Positions 15,001 to 20,744 of a DNA stretch of 64,000 nucleotides are shown piece by piece. The stretch is from positions 93,449 to 157,448 of the forward strand of contig CAZYLZ010000001.1 in assembly GCA_964648335.1 (NCBI GenBank), read 5' to 3'. This stretch comes from an uncultured Candidatus Saccharibacteria bacterium. GTDB taxonomy: Bacteria; Patescibacteriota; Minisyncoccia; Phycocordibacterales; UBA2100. The notes beneath the pieces are model-generated. The model had not been told where the DNA came from, searched no databases, and saw only the letters and a program-made list of their open reading frames with translations. Each line of letters starts with the position of its first letter. Position 1 is the stretch's first letter. Made by a program: the position numbers and the translations under genes.

Positions 15001-18000
15001 TCTCACCAGGCGTGTCGCTCGGAGTGTCCGGTGCCTTCACGAATTCGGTAGGCGGAGCGAATACCACATTCACGAACTCGACCCTCTACTTGAATTCGGC
15101 TTCGACCTATTCAATAAATACGAAAACGGCTCCAGCTGAGGTATACGGCACGCTATTAATAGGTGGGAACACCGACGTTCGCATGTGGAATTCGTCTGCT
15201 GCAACGACCAGCGTCAACTCGACCGGCTCTCTCTACTCGCAAGACCACGCTGCGGTCGACGGTAGTTTGGCAATCTATGGAGAGTATGTCCGGACGTCAG
15301 GTACCGAATACTGGACGTATGCTACCGACTTCGACGGCACCGCGCTTGGTGGTTCTTCTCGTGCTGTCACCGTAAACGTCGCTACCAGCTCTACCCTGGC
15401 CTTCTCGGGCGGAACCCTCAACATGACCGGAGCGGTTGGAGCGACGACGACGGTCCGCACGACCGGATCTACTGGTACCTACAGCTTTGCGGTTTCTGGC
15501 GGCACCATCGACGCTAGCTACTATAGAATCCAAAATACCGACACGAACGGCCTTTCTATCTCGGGATCTCCGGCAATCACCTCGCTCTCCAACGGCGATT
15601 ACGAGCTCTACACCAATGGAGGCACCATGATGACGATCGCCGCAGCGGCAATCGACGCAAATGCGAGCCTCTCCGTAAGTAATGTCCGTTTCGCCACCTC
15701 GACCGGAATCGCCAGCGGTTACAACGTGACGCGAACCGGCACGCCGATAAACGCATGGACATTTACCGGTCACTACGGAAACTACGCGGGCGAGAATTAT
15801 GACAACGACGGCGGAGATGCCTGTGGAAAAATCCGGTGGGACGACAGTACCTGTCTTCTCGTAAGCCAGGATCACTACCGCTGGCGAGCTGACGACGGCG
15901 GAGAAGGAGCTCCGAATTCGGACTGGTACGATCTTACGTTCTCCAAACGCCAGAAGATTGGCATCACCAACAACGTAGCGACCGCATACACGAACCTACC
16001 GGTCAAGCTCATCGTTAACTACGACGGCGATATGCAGAGCGATTTCGACGACCTGCGGTTCACCGATTCAAGCGGCACGACGACCTTGCGCTATTGGATC
16101 GAGTCATCGACTGCATCGGCGTCTTCAACTCTCTGGGTCAAGGTCCCGTCACTGCCGGCATCGGGCTCCGCTGTCGTGTATATGTACTACGGCAACAACT
16201 CGACGACTACCGCGTCGAGTGGCACGAATACGTTCAAGTTCTTCGACGACTTCGAAGACAACAACATCACTGAGTACTCAGGCAATACGACCATGTTCAC
16301 GACGAGCACGAGCTTCAATCATGACGGTACCTACGGACTCGATGCAGGATCAAACTTCGACCAGAGAACTACCGGCGGTATCTATCGGACGGGATCCTTG
16401 TCGGCACGCGGCGATACTGTGAGCTTCTATCAGTATGTCGACAACGCGATTCCCGACGAGCCATGTACACTCTTTGGTGTCCAAGGATCCGGGTCGAACT
16501 ATGCGGTTTGTCTCGATCAGGACCCATCTGACAAGGTGTCGATCTCGAAAAACGTCACATCGAACGACGAAGGTGGTACAGTGCTCGCTTCGACGACCCT
16601 GAGCTGGGCGACCGGCTGGTATCAGGTGAAGGTCGATTGGCTCACCACTAACGCGATAAACGTAAACGTCTATAACAGCTCTGGTGCGCTCTTCGCGACC
16701 GCCACGGCAAGCGACTCAACGTGGTCGAGCGGCGGTGTCGGCTTCAGCTATTGGTTCATGTACGGCGGATGGGACACGTATACCGTCAAGCAGTACGTCG
16801 CTACGGATCCGAGCTATAAGTTCGGCGTCGAACAGACGTATGGCGGCGCTACCTGGTATGCTGCGGAGGACACGGCGTACACCACCCGCAGCTACGGAAA
16901 TAACCTACGCCTTCGTTTCTCGATTCAGAACACCGCGAGCGCTGTCTTCGGTCGCCTCTTCCGACTGCAATACGCACCGAAAGCCTCGGCGCTTAACTGC
17001 GAATCGGTCCCGTATGTAAACTACAACGACGTACCTACGCACGCCGGCGGGTGTGGATCGTCCGCCGCGTGCATGGCATCGACCACCAATTATGCAAGCG
17101 GCGATGTGACCGCGGGTCTCCTTACGTATCCCGCATCAGCTACCTTCAATGCCGGGTCGGTGATTGAAGAGCCGTCAAACCAGACCGCAAGCTCCACGGT
17201 CTCGGCAGCAGGTGCTACCGAAGTTGAGTACAACTTCCAGATGACAGCAAATGCCACGGACAATACCTACTGCTTCAGGGCGTCCAATGGCGGCAGCGAC
17301 CTTGATAACTACACGCACGTCGCAGAACTCGACATGATCTACGTTCCGATCATCTCGAACCATAAGCTCAATAACGATGCGGATATCGCCCTCACCGAAG
17401 GAGCATCGACCACCATCGCGGTCACCGCGACCGTGACCGATCAGAACGGCTACGCCGACCTGAGTCTCGCTTCCTCGACTGTCTATCGTTCGGGCGTCGG
17501 ATCGATCTGCAGCGCCGACGCAAACTCGTGCTACCGTCTCGGTACATCATCCTGCTCGTATTCTGGCTGCTCTGGAGCTTCGTGCACGCTTACGTGCAAT
17601 GCGAACGTTCAGTACATCGCCGATCCAACCGACGTAGGCAGCTCCTATTCTGCAGAGAGCTGGCTCTCGGAATTGTGGATTACCGACCTCGAGGGCAATA
17701 CGGCGACTTCGTCATCGGTATCGGTCGATCTCCTGACCCTTTACGGCCTTACCGTGAATACGGCGAATATCGACTTCGGCTCTCTCTCGGTCGGATCGAC
17801 GACGGAGAATGTGAATGCGACGACGACTATCCAGAACACAGGTAACACGAACATCAACATCTCGGTCGCCGGAACCGATCTGGCCGGAACGCAGGGAACC
17901 ATCGCAGTGGGTGAGATCAAGTATGCGACTACGACGTTCGCGTACGGAAGCTGCGCGGTCTGCCAGTTCCTGACTGGCGGCGCAACACCGGTCGTCGTCG

Positions 18001-18128
18001 ATCTTCCGAAGCCGACGTCGACTTCGACGCCTATCACAGACGATCTGTACTGGGGTCTTAACATCCCGAACGGCACGAGCGCCGAGCTTCATAGCGGTAC
18101 TAATACGTTCTTAGCAACATCGCCATAA
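1..18128 (+). CDS. giant multidomain cell-surface adhesin-like protein (5' partial, at least 6000 aa): phage-tail-fibre-like HxH repeats, FN3-like modules, WNGxSW propeller-like modules, long beta-helix-like repeat array, DUF2341-like plus LamG-like module, and a C-terminal domain shared with CDS 23410..25293
   Basis: One uninterrupted frame from nt 3 (no in-frame stop upstream of the first GTG at 129) to the stop at 18126-18128. Motifs read from the translation: TYYWRVRAK(D/E) three times; paired HTHT/HTHA/HTHS motifs three times; (V/Y)WNG(S/T)SW about 12 times; repeated GTF(M/T/N)HN.G...KT units; DWYDLTFSKRQKI..LRFTDSSG..LRYWIE..LWVKVP..YMYYGNN (DUF2341-like) followed by a jelly-roll-like segment. 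Confidence 0.9.
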   Translation, partial: YFTSELEEVGAWRDLSDVRVVVEYDRGTNNTAPAEIYLDSAWVSVSYKDRVQGLVPKDAEDVSSDAPANVAFELTEPEDKSSQMLSPDGKDILFPFVDSLDDTGLVIRADKDTYDVGDGVDSVAYVSITNTKSDTDLFDLYTAFAENGGSVKEIAQFLRNVPEVTEVPLYDDVTYFCEGGWTKGSGGITYDCATSSDSKQCSWLSETRENCQVNNVVVSSEKTTDYKNAWVPIELTRDETATNRFSTGAGAFKAQTVTKSLVEILPGQTVYFRVSLSGTDDGKHPFKLVAQGVSGYGDLDMTMLKAESSLEGAQATGVAALQSHVNEQLSGRKTFDGDELPEFKFKFTSQRNFFMRSILTLARRNTFKATAQVRHESGEIEDVPAEIQYGKDGEWTLSLTEHPRAFRPGKYSIEIAIKEGSQTYTDTADFYWGVLAINTDKSAYQPGDQVNLMMAALDDRGDTICDADLVLSVLAPDGALSDIPVQRSGLCAKNNVVDVADYLATTTVAQTGVYGIDLAEYDADGTVVHRTTDSFKVEEKSPFVISRKGATRIYPVSSYSMDINVTVAMDFEGEFIESVPSDFEVLDRDGAEIRMYGSAKNLAWPLKLKEGETAHFRYIYDAPDISPYLYAVGPAEIRASAGIPFSEGKQWKLASDATGNMLLYWDQPYIPTGWTCVSCFVTDSFYQRFVMGSSTAGTNGGAATHTPTATGAVIASAGSQGVDTNNQATPVVAHTHTYTPTIAAASNLPVYRQLAIIQSNTVGEPTSIPAGAIAMFDAAVPSGWTRYAAQDGAFVRSESTSTAGVAAGSNTHTHAISGNTGAAATTANIRNPGTSVTVAAAAHTHSVSTTTVSISNTPPYVETIFGKITATSSPTNAMIAMWSGDPSAGWTTVSSSSETYANKFPLASTTYGATGGASTHTHTNITGITSGAPSATIARDSTPATTNVATAAHTHAVNVTFTSVDSNLPPYRTAVFAKRVGGAAPNGPTLHDVLFDSEKTGTSTPTFTFTASDPDGSDTLVYQFQWDDDSDLNTSPLGDRTSDVETGCSPNCFSNTVTPSNTSPFNEAEKIQFAIQTPLVSGTTYYWRVRAKESGGGGTWGSWATTTSFTYVANTAPSQWYQTEDGQFDSDTKSSVETFGSNSARLALNAPTEALIAYGEGTVQTPRYRLWNGTSWGSELSAQSVGGTIRWVVTKAAPTRNEYVLATLDDVNDINVQVYDGGAGTWGNLWEVTTGASNSLRRGVDVAYESQSGDAIAVYCDGDADPAYYVWNGTSWTFGGTIDITSANNCEYIQLASDPISDEIMLIERDTGAAYEAQVWNGSSWGNSKVMGSMTDVIHEGIAIQYEESGNQAMVLTSNGNTSGFLWNTWDGSSWGVNTTKALGDDFEWGRLRADVGSDKLSLCYIDNDSDTGVVEWDGNAWGAFAAATNERETASNGFDGRPEDCAYETTAGRDGYLMLSYSDTTNGRYQYYDGASWTAEASLSTAQDSWTVGSVRTGDGIILSMFQNDADGRYDVSSWNGASWSALQTVETVQSVTVTPFLQPIDMAAKIYRAGSGSITSGTIDFDSVPGRSSWGDVIWHTTEPSGTDVKMQVMYESAGTCSTLVPDGTLPGNSTGFDVSSSPLNLSGLSTSTYNRICLKSTLSTGNLSQPALDDWTVTWERQPYLTQTHFRWYVNATTTYNPSDPWPAGTTTDAVEDASISGLSSPIPNDILRLRVGISAANVALGTSDQLFRLQYAQSSTCSSATSWMDVGAIGSTTAKWRGVDNTSLTDGTTLTTPLLLTADVGESYEEENDTVLNPNSISVGNEGEWDWVLQHNASSSEAYCFRMITSGGEVLDQYDNYPTLITNNSPAAPLQDVPFDNQVASSTTPWFDFAAEDPESDDITYQVQIDDDSAFGSINLDRNSQSNLNDFNNIVTPADKDPFNSGQMIRFIPATALTDGVTYYWRVRAKDRNKSNEWSAWSDVRSLTIDTSIIITTWKETTLYQFANDTLEDSEATSTNDVVITPPLVNATTTGTLIDYDWKNMGNAWGELSWTDDESVGDIKYHIEYFDGTSWALIPDSDLAGNASGYDTSPVSLLGVSPTAYNQIRVRADMTNVGGTPRLQDWTIKWGIGVPQPTLTAPFDNEKVSTTTPYFKFSSTDPENNDLIYQFSYSSSPLFTSSTTRSSDIDTGFENFASSSDISPFASGSTTKYTLPFASPLTNGNTYWWRARARDPSGGNAWSPWSDAYSLTVDTAVIVSTWFQSTTEQFDTDTLNDTEANSGTARIAATNREAMVAYAETTVQTPRFKFWNGISWGSKLSGVSVGDTIRFVEAAAAPTRDEYAIATQGATGGVNVQIVNGTTDAAGNKVNMVPAVTGLTQRGVDVTYETISGDAMVVSCSGTQAVYRTWNGSAWSATSSITLAIATNCQWVKLAADPISDEIILVVRDQTTGTVDYEALVWNGSSWGNPRFIGSQVTVNDEGIAVEYEESGDQAVVAVSDGVNNDFAWTTWNGSAWSATSTRAIGNDFAGGRIKRDTGSDNMVMCYIDIDSDIGISRWDGSTFLAFQEFETLGNSLNGRPQSCEFETTAGRDGYIIGPYTNTTIGNYVVWDGASLTGPFALSTLPDSWEVRSVRTDDGNILVAAYNDADTEYDFSYWNGTTWSALEVLDANSITTVVPATIPIDIVARKYPEVVSGNVASTPIVFTSGLGPKWGSISYSKSTPGLSTFNLQVEYLTSTSSWALIPDADLSGNSTGTTTSPVDISNLNYTTYGTLRLKANLACAGVNCPTLNDWTLAWSEGVHVTGTAKQFDQTTNVTSGTAQVAVNGAIQAGKTATISGGTFDIPNVTAFTGDIITVFINGANDANEAVAITKYDGVGDMTGLKLYERHLTLGSADNPTLTNTDIGIFDNTVSGDEDIFYDVDAGNDLNLCSITGCFNSRLLVQSGTTYRPDSSSSGNVTARNLQIDGTLVADGNSFFISGSWKNNSIFTANTSTVVFTATSTSETVDSISAATSTFYAVTFGQTSGTATWTLSSDLLASSTVSVNFGTLAQSNRAIMLSSNLSFGASGAFTKGTGTTTFMGSGSNTWTDNTVAKQDLGEVMIDGSAKTIALGSGVRATNITIGSDDILTAGTSFSIDVVGNWINNNIFTAQTGTVNFVSTTAGRTITQGSSNFYNLTFNGVAGNWAFTGANLGVDNNFTISTGTVAMPTGTTTVAGSFDTNGGTFMHNNGVVLLTASGAKTVRPGASSFYDLTFNGSGSWTFVDANATTSRNTFLLAGTLTAPSGTLAIGGSFARNGGTFTHNSGTLKFTAASSKTIRLNGQNASNITFDGVGGAWSFVDTFATTTGSVTILNGYPSLASSTLAVGGSFDSAAGTFNHASGTVRFFATAAGKTIAPGTSSFANLVFDSTSGGWTITGNATTTASTTITNASSLTLSSGRSLEVKGGFTNAVGGANTTWTGSTLYLNSGTSYSLNTKTTGGDVYGTLLVGTNTNIRSWNSDAGTTTTLTGASVYSQDNNAVDGSLSIYGTYVRSSGTDYWSYATDFDGVALGGSSRQVTVRVATSSTMTFSGGALNIVGAAGATTTVRTSGSTGTYGFAVSGGSLNASFYRVQNTDASGLSLSGTPTVTSLADGDFELSTNSGSLITVASTVIDANPLAEFQRVRFATTTGITAGFNVTETGTPSSYWWFRSHYGNFAGESYDNDPGGDPGHIHWDDSGFTISVAGTVYTDEGVTHATNPLCDGSTPVVKLVVSGAASYTASCASGSGAYLMPAVQFSGDAVFTVFLDTNGGTRAATVTRTPSINLTGLDLYQNALVVRHEGSSALTIANLALYDSSDDSDIAYTATTGSPDALVLEPDNELYVLTGKTFAPGGNVTLTSGGSGTNRDARLFVATSSVYAASTTESHSIGGNLVVSGSSTFTTASTTFTFTATTTGKSIYTAQPITFHDATFNGSGANWNFVSATTSTTTISHALTITAGTISGTSDIKVSTGGISGSGTVAMTGGTVRLEGTGSFGNGTAWQFFNLIAGNGSGSGTITKSGAGTTTISNVLTVATNEALQAGSSDWVLSKGGTPFIVNGLFTVQTAPFYYTATTSTSVKATTYAALTLAPAAAGTPTFTLLGGTLSATNLTIGGANPVTVTADTNDPSLSITGDVTIGSSSTLIASNVGAFDVGGSWTNSGVFTHSSNTVRFNGSAVGKTITPGSSSFYNLTIDGPSGGWTINGNATSTNNTTLTNATSFTVSPNVSLAVLGTFTNSVGGSSTTWATSTLFLNSGTSYSLNTKTAATEVYGTLVVGANTDIRMWNSSAATTSVNATGSLYSQDHAAVDGSLYIWGEYIRSSGSDYWSYATDFDGTSLGGSSRQVNVRVATSSSISMTAGVLDIIGAPTASTTIQVQSTGNYSFGVSGGTLNASYYVLRDTDANGLNLTGSPTITSLSRGDFLLGVNGGTTMTVAGSVITTNPLKIMLGNKFATSTGITSGSNVKVTGTTGSFWKFNLHYGALGGESYDDDPGGNPGYVRWDDSDGNIVIAGTVYSDEGSTVSTVCDNSTQVVHLMVEAAGSYTGSCNSLTGAYTISNVSYNPGDNLTVYLDTNGGRRGANISTDPSVSISGMDIYENRVIVRHEDTAPLTIADMAIFDHDSDSDIPFNATDAGSDTLVVEPDTKLIVWTGKTFAPAGDITLQSGGSGNVWDGSLQLFNNAVFSSSGTQSHTIGGNLTVGTGASLQAASTTFTFTATTTGKTITPNGSSFYNLVFNGSGGNWAFSNSTATTSNDFTITTGTVTLPTATTTVGGSFQNNGGTFMHNNGAVVMSSTASGKTVKAGTNNPFYTLAFNGVGGAWTMTDTNATSSNNFTITNGSVTAPTGVLAVGGSFQNAGTYTNSSGTLKLTAVAVGKILQTGSSNLYNLVVNGSGGAWTWSDTNATTTNTVTISSGTLTLPAGTLAVLGSYDSTGGAFTPGTGTVRFAATATGKTVTPSSSSFYNLVFDSATGGWTITGNATSTNNTSILNASNFTLSPGVSLGVSGAFTNSVGGANTTFTNSTLYLNSASTYSINTKTAPAEVYGTLLIGGNTDVRMWNSSAATTSVNSTGSLYSQDHAAVDGSLAIYGEYVRTSGTEYWTYATDFDGTALGGSSRAVTVNVATSSTLAFSGGTLNMTGAVGATTTVRTTGSTGTYSFAVSGGTIDASYYRIQNTDTNGLSISGSPAITSLSNGDYELYTNGGTMMTIAAAAIDANASLSVSNVRFATSTGIASGYNVTRTGTPINAWTFTGHYGNYAGENYDNDGGDACGKIRWDDSTCLLVSQDHYRWRADDGGEGAPNSDWYDLTFSKRQKIGITNNVATAYTNLPVKLIVNYDGDMQSDFDDLRFTDSSGTTTLRYWIESSTASASSTLWVKVPSLPASGSAVVYMYYGNNSTTTASSGTNTFKFFDDFEDNNITEYSGNTTMFTTSTSFNHDGTYGLDAGSNFDQRTTGGIYRTGSLSARGDTVSFYQYVDNAIPDEPCTLFGVQGSGSNYAVCLDQDPSDKVSISKNVTSNDEGGTVLASTTLSWATGWYQVKVDWLTTNAINVNVYNSSGALFATATASDSTWSSGGVGFSYWFMYGGWDTYTVKQYVATDPSYKFGVEQTYGGATWYAAEDTAYTTRSYGNNLRLRFSIQNTASAVFGRLFRLQYAPKASALNCESVPYVNYNDVPTHAGGCGSSAACMASTTNYASGDVTAGLLTYPASATFNAGSVIEEPSNQTASSTVSAAGATEVEYNFQMTANATDNTYCFRASNGGSDLDNYTHVAELDMIYVPIISNHKLNNDADIALTEGASTTIAVTATVTDQNGYADLSLASSTVYRSGVGSICSADANSCYRLGTSSCSYSGCSGASCTLTCNANVQYIADPTDVGSSYSAESWLSELWITDLEGNTATSSSVSVDLLTLYGLTVNTANIDFGSLSVGSTTENVNATTTIQNTGNTNINISVAGTDLAGTQGTIAVGEIKYATTTFAYGSCAVCQFLTGGATPVVVDLPKPTSTSTPITDDLYWGLNIPNGTSAELHSGTNTFLATSP
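2080..2960 (+). repeat. three tandem modules of about 320 nt, each encoding paired H-T-H-(T/A/S) motifs and ending in NLP(V/P)Y, within the giant CDS
   Basis: Translation shows AATHTPT..AHTHTYTP..NLPVY / SNTHTHAIS..AHTHSVS..NTPPY / ASTHTHTNI..AHTHAVN..NLPPY. Confidence 0.7.
3470..4720 (+). repeat. first copy of a WNGxSW repeat module of about 1.2 kb (about 6 blades, propeller-like) within the giant CDS
   Basis: LWNGTSWG, VWNGTSW, VWNGSSWG, TWDGSSWG, EWDGNAWG, YYDGASW, SWNGASW spaced about 55-70 aa apart. Confidence 0.7.
6830..7990 (+). repeat. second copy of the WNGxSW repeat module within the giant CDS
   Basis: Collinear paralogue of 3470..4720: FWNGISWG, TWNGSAW, VWNGSSWG, TWNGSAW, RWDGSTF, VWDGASL, YWNGTTW; the intervening motifs are the same (VQTPR(Y/F)(R/K), PTR(N/D)EY, ETTAGRDGY). 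Confidence 0.7.
9470..15850 (+). repeat. array of short beta-helix-like units organised into a triplicated super-repeat of about 2.3-2.4 kb inside the giant CDS. Conserved cores lie at about 10290-11640, 12720-14040 and 15040-15850
   Basis: Equivalent nucleotide landmarks at 10293, 12720 and 15037 (GGFTN(A/S)VGG..T(W/F)T.STL(Y/F)LNS..TKT). Copies 2 and 3 share stretches of more than 90% nt identity (e.g. 12860-12960 vs 15180-15275). Confidence 0.8.
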
Positions 18129-18132
18129 CCAT

Positions 18133-18819
18133 ATGAACCAACAAACACAACCACAGTCACGTGTCTCATCAGTAGCACGACTCGTGACCATGCCTGCGAT
18201 CCTACTTCTCATTGCGGCTGCTGTGCTCGCGTACTTGTTTCTCCGTTCGAATACCGAGCTTTCGAACGTATATGCCGACTACGACCGATCGGGGAAGACA
18301 TATTCGGATGCGGCGTTTCTGGTCGGTTCTAACAGCAATCCGCTCCGTATCGAGCTCAATCAGGTGCTTGCCGAAGTTCTTGGCAAGGCCATGACTCCGG
18401 ACGAGCGGATGGAAAAAGTACGGCGCGGCAGGGAATTACTCGTCGAATCAGCACGACAGATTGATGCTATCGGAGACAGCGGTGACGTATCGTCGAGTTC
18501 AATCAAGCTTCTCGACTCGACGTCGCGCGGATTGGGGAACCTCTATGCTCGACCTGGAGCGGCGAAAGTGGTCGAACTCTCACGAACGAAGAGCAACATG
18601 ATTGCGGACATCCGCGGGCTCTCGTACAAGACCAACTACTACATCTCGCAGATCTTCGACCGTATCGAGCGGGATGGAGGAGCGCTGACTCAGGATCATA
18701 TTAAGGAGCTCAACGCGAGGATCCCCGAACTGGAGGCTGAATTTGACCGCCGAGCGAACCTGTACACTGATCTCGAGAGCATCAACTATAAGATACAGAA
18801 CGAGATGGCTGGCAGATGA
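18133..18819 (+). CDS. hypothetical membrane-anchored protein (one N-terminal TM helix, then a probable coiled-coil)
   Basis: ORF begins 5 nt after the giant gene stop; TM helix LVTMPAILLLIAAAVLAYLFL; no recognisable catalytic motif. Confidence 0.6.
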   Translation: MNQQTQPQSRVSSVARLVTMPAILLLIAAAVLAYLFLRSNTELSNVYADYDRSGKTYSDAAFLVGSNSNPLRIELNQVLAEVLGKAMTPDERMEKVRRGRELLVESARQIDAIGDSGDVSSSSIKLLDSTSRGLGNLYARPGAAKVVELSRTKSNMIADIRGLSYKTNYYISQIFDRIERDGGALTQDHIKELNARIPELEAEFDRRANLYTDLESINYKIQNEMAGR

Positions 18820-18870
18820 CCTCTATGAAGCGTGGATTGCAGGGCGGACGTTGTGGTAAACTTATCCGAT

Positions 18871-19218
18871 ATGGATGAACAGATACCGCCAGTACCACCG
18901 GTGCCGCGCCGAACGCGCCCAGGCCTTTTCTCCCGCATTTGGCACACCGCCGTGGTCGCCTTCGATAATCTCTTGGATTCTTCGGTCAGGAATGTGGCTA
19001 TCATGTGGCGTGAGTTCGACCTCTTCTTTGGTGCACTCGCGTTCTTCGTTGGACTCCTCGGTTTCGACGCCGGTAAGTTCTGCGACGGCAACACAGCCGA
19101 CTACCTCTCATGCACACGGCCTACCGCCTACTACTATTTCGATTCGATCGACATCGCACTCGTCGTCCTCGGTGCTTTCTTTATCATGTTGTGGACTCTG
19201 AAGCGCGCTCGGCGATAG
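18871..19218 (+). CDS. small hypothetical membrane protein (two predicted TM helices); an alternative GTG start lies at 18832
   Basis: ATG at 18871; hydrophobic helices FFGALAFFVGLLGF and IALVVLGAFFIMLWTL; start codon is ambiguous. Confidence 0.4.
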   Translation: MDEQIPPVPPVPRRTRPGLFSRIWHTAVVAFDNLLDSSVRNVAIMWREFDLFFGALAFFVGLLGFDAGKFCDGNTADYLSCTRPTAYYYFDSIDIALVVLGAFFIMLWTLKRARR

Positions 19219-19303
19219 ATTGTTTCTAGTACTGGATATCTGGGTAACGGGGGATGATACAATTCCACTATGTGTTTTAGTGTTTTAACACGCGGCTAAC
19301 CGT

Positions 19304-20743
19304 ATGAGCGTGCATTCCTTCCGATATCCGCTCTCTATATTCGCGTTCTCTATGGCGTTCGCCGCAGCGTTCCAGACTTCTGTCGCGCTCGCCGCCGAAA
19401 TCTCAGATGTGAAGATAACCGGCGTTGATGACGGATCGGCGACCATAAATTGGAACACCGATATTTCGACCGATGCGACCGTTAATTTCGGCATAGATCC
19501 GCGCGTGGGCATTGAGCGTGATCCACTCTTTGACAAGAAAGAGCATTCCATAGTGGTCGACAGGCTCGACCCCGCTACAACGTATTATTTTCGCGTCATT
19601 TCCACTGACGCGCAGGGTAATAAGAGTGCGACGGCAGGGTATCAGTTTACGACCAAGAGTAACGACAAGAAAACGGCAAAGAAGGCGGTGACCGAGATAG
19701 AAAAGATCAAGGATCCCGAGGCGCTCAAAGAAGTGATCGAAGAGGTGCAGAAGGTCGCGAGCGATGTCATCAGGCCACCGTCGATTCAGGGTGAGCCGAA
19801 GGTGATAGCCGCCAACGACCATGCGGACATTATTTGGACGACCGACCGCAACGCGAGCTCTATGGTGTATTTTGCCAAGGATGCGGAGTTTGATCCGGCT
19901 GCCGCGAACCCGTACCCGACAGCACAAGGCGACCCGAACGACTCGACCATGAAGCACACAATTACCCTCGTGGGGTTGAGCCCGTCAACCTTGTATCATT
20001 ACAAGGTTTCATCGGAAGACTCTGCGGGAATGACCGGAGAGTCCGAAGACAACACTTTTAAGACCAATGCGACCTTGCCGCAGATCATCAACCCGACCAT
20101 AAGCCGGATCCAAGAGACCGCGGCGACCGTGAGCTGGGCCACTGGCGGCGTACTTTCGAAGGGTGTGGTCGAGTATACGAACCTACGTTCCAAAGTCACC
20201 AAATCTGCAGGTAATCCGGTGTTTTTGACGAACCATAGCATTCAGTTATCGGGACTCGATTTTGGAACTCGCTATTCAGTAGTCATTACCTCGACCAACG
20301 AGGCGGGAAACGAAGTCGCGAGCAAGCCGCTGACGTTTCTCACCGTACGCGATATCGTCCCGCCGGCCATCGCTAAGGTCAACAACGAATCGACGCTCTT
20401 TCCGAGCGAAGACGTAAAGATACAGACGATCATTTCGTGGGAGACAGACGAGCCCTCCTTCTGTCAGGTTCATTACACGCAGGGACTCGTGCTTGCTGCG
20501 GGAGAGCAGGGCGACGTCTTGCCGCTCGAATCAAACCCGCTTACCTCGCATACACAGGTTATCGTCGGATTTGCTCCTGCAACCGTGTATAAGTTTTGGA
20601 TGCTCTGTCATGACGAAGCAGATAACGAGGCGCGATCCGAAGATTACGTGCTTATCACTCCGGTGAAAGAGAAGAGCATCATCGATATCATCCTCGAAAA
20701 CTTCCAAGGAACATTCGGCTGGCTCAAGAACATCAAAGGATAA
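19304..20743 (+). CDS. secreted protein with four FN3-like (purple-acid-phosphatase-N-terminal-like) domains
   Basis: Signal peptide ..AFAAAFQTSVALAA; four repeats each ending in an FN3 hallmark: ATTYYFRVISTDAQGN, TLYHYKVSSEDSAGM, TRYSVVITSTNEAGNE, TVYKFWMLCHDEADNE. Confidence 0.8.
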   Translation: MSVHSFRYPLSIFAFSMAFAAAFQTSVALAAEISDVKITGVDDGSATINWNTDISTDATVNFGIDPRVGIERDPLFDKKEHSIVVDRLDPATTYYFRVISTDAQGNKSATAGYQFTTKSNDKKTAKKAVTEIEKIKDPEALKEVIEEVQKVASDVIRPPSIQGEPKVIAANDHADIIWTTDRNASSMVYFAKDAEFDPAAANPYPTAQGDPNDSTMKHTITLVGLSPSTLYHYKVSSEDSAGMTGESEDNTFKTNATLPQIINPTISRIQETAATVSWATGGVLSKGVVEYTNLRSKVTKSAGNPVFLTNHSIQLSGLDFGTRYSVVITSTNEAGNEVASKPLTFLTVRDIVPPAIAKVNNESTLFPSEDVKIQTIISWETDEPSFCQVHYTQGLVLAAGEQGDVLPLESNPLTSHTQVIVGFAPATVYKFWMLCHDEADNEARSEDYVLITPVKEKSIIDIILENFQGTFGWLKNIKG

Positions 20744-20744
20744 T

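Noticed and set aside
9470-15850. Tandem repeats considered as a CRISPR or other non-coding array
   Set aside because: The repeats are in-frame coding units of 135 nt to 2.4 kb with variable spacing, and no short regular repeat-spacer organisation exists anywhere in the window
2360-15875. Minus-strand and off-frame ORFs inside giant gene 1 (e.g. 2360..3031, 7920..8624, 10620..11165, 14046..14579, 15297..15875)
   Set aside because: Same reasoning: they are embedded antisense in a continuous 18-kb reading frame with protein-like domain content on the plus strand
18875-19201. Alternative plus-strand ORF in a different frame from the chosen 18871..19218 gene
   Set aside because: Its translation is Ser-rich low-complexity, whereas the chosen frame gives two clean TM helices; only one frame can be real, and neither has supporting RBS evidence
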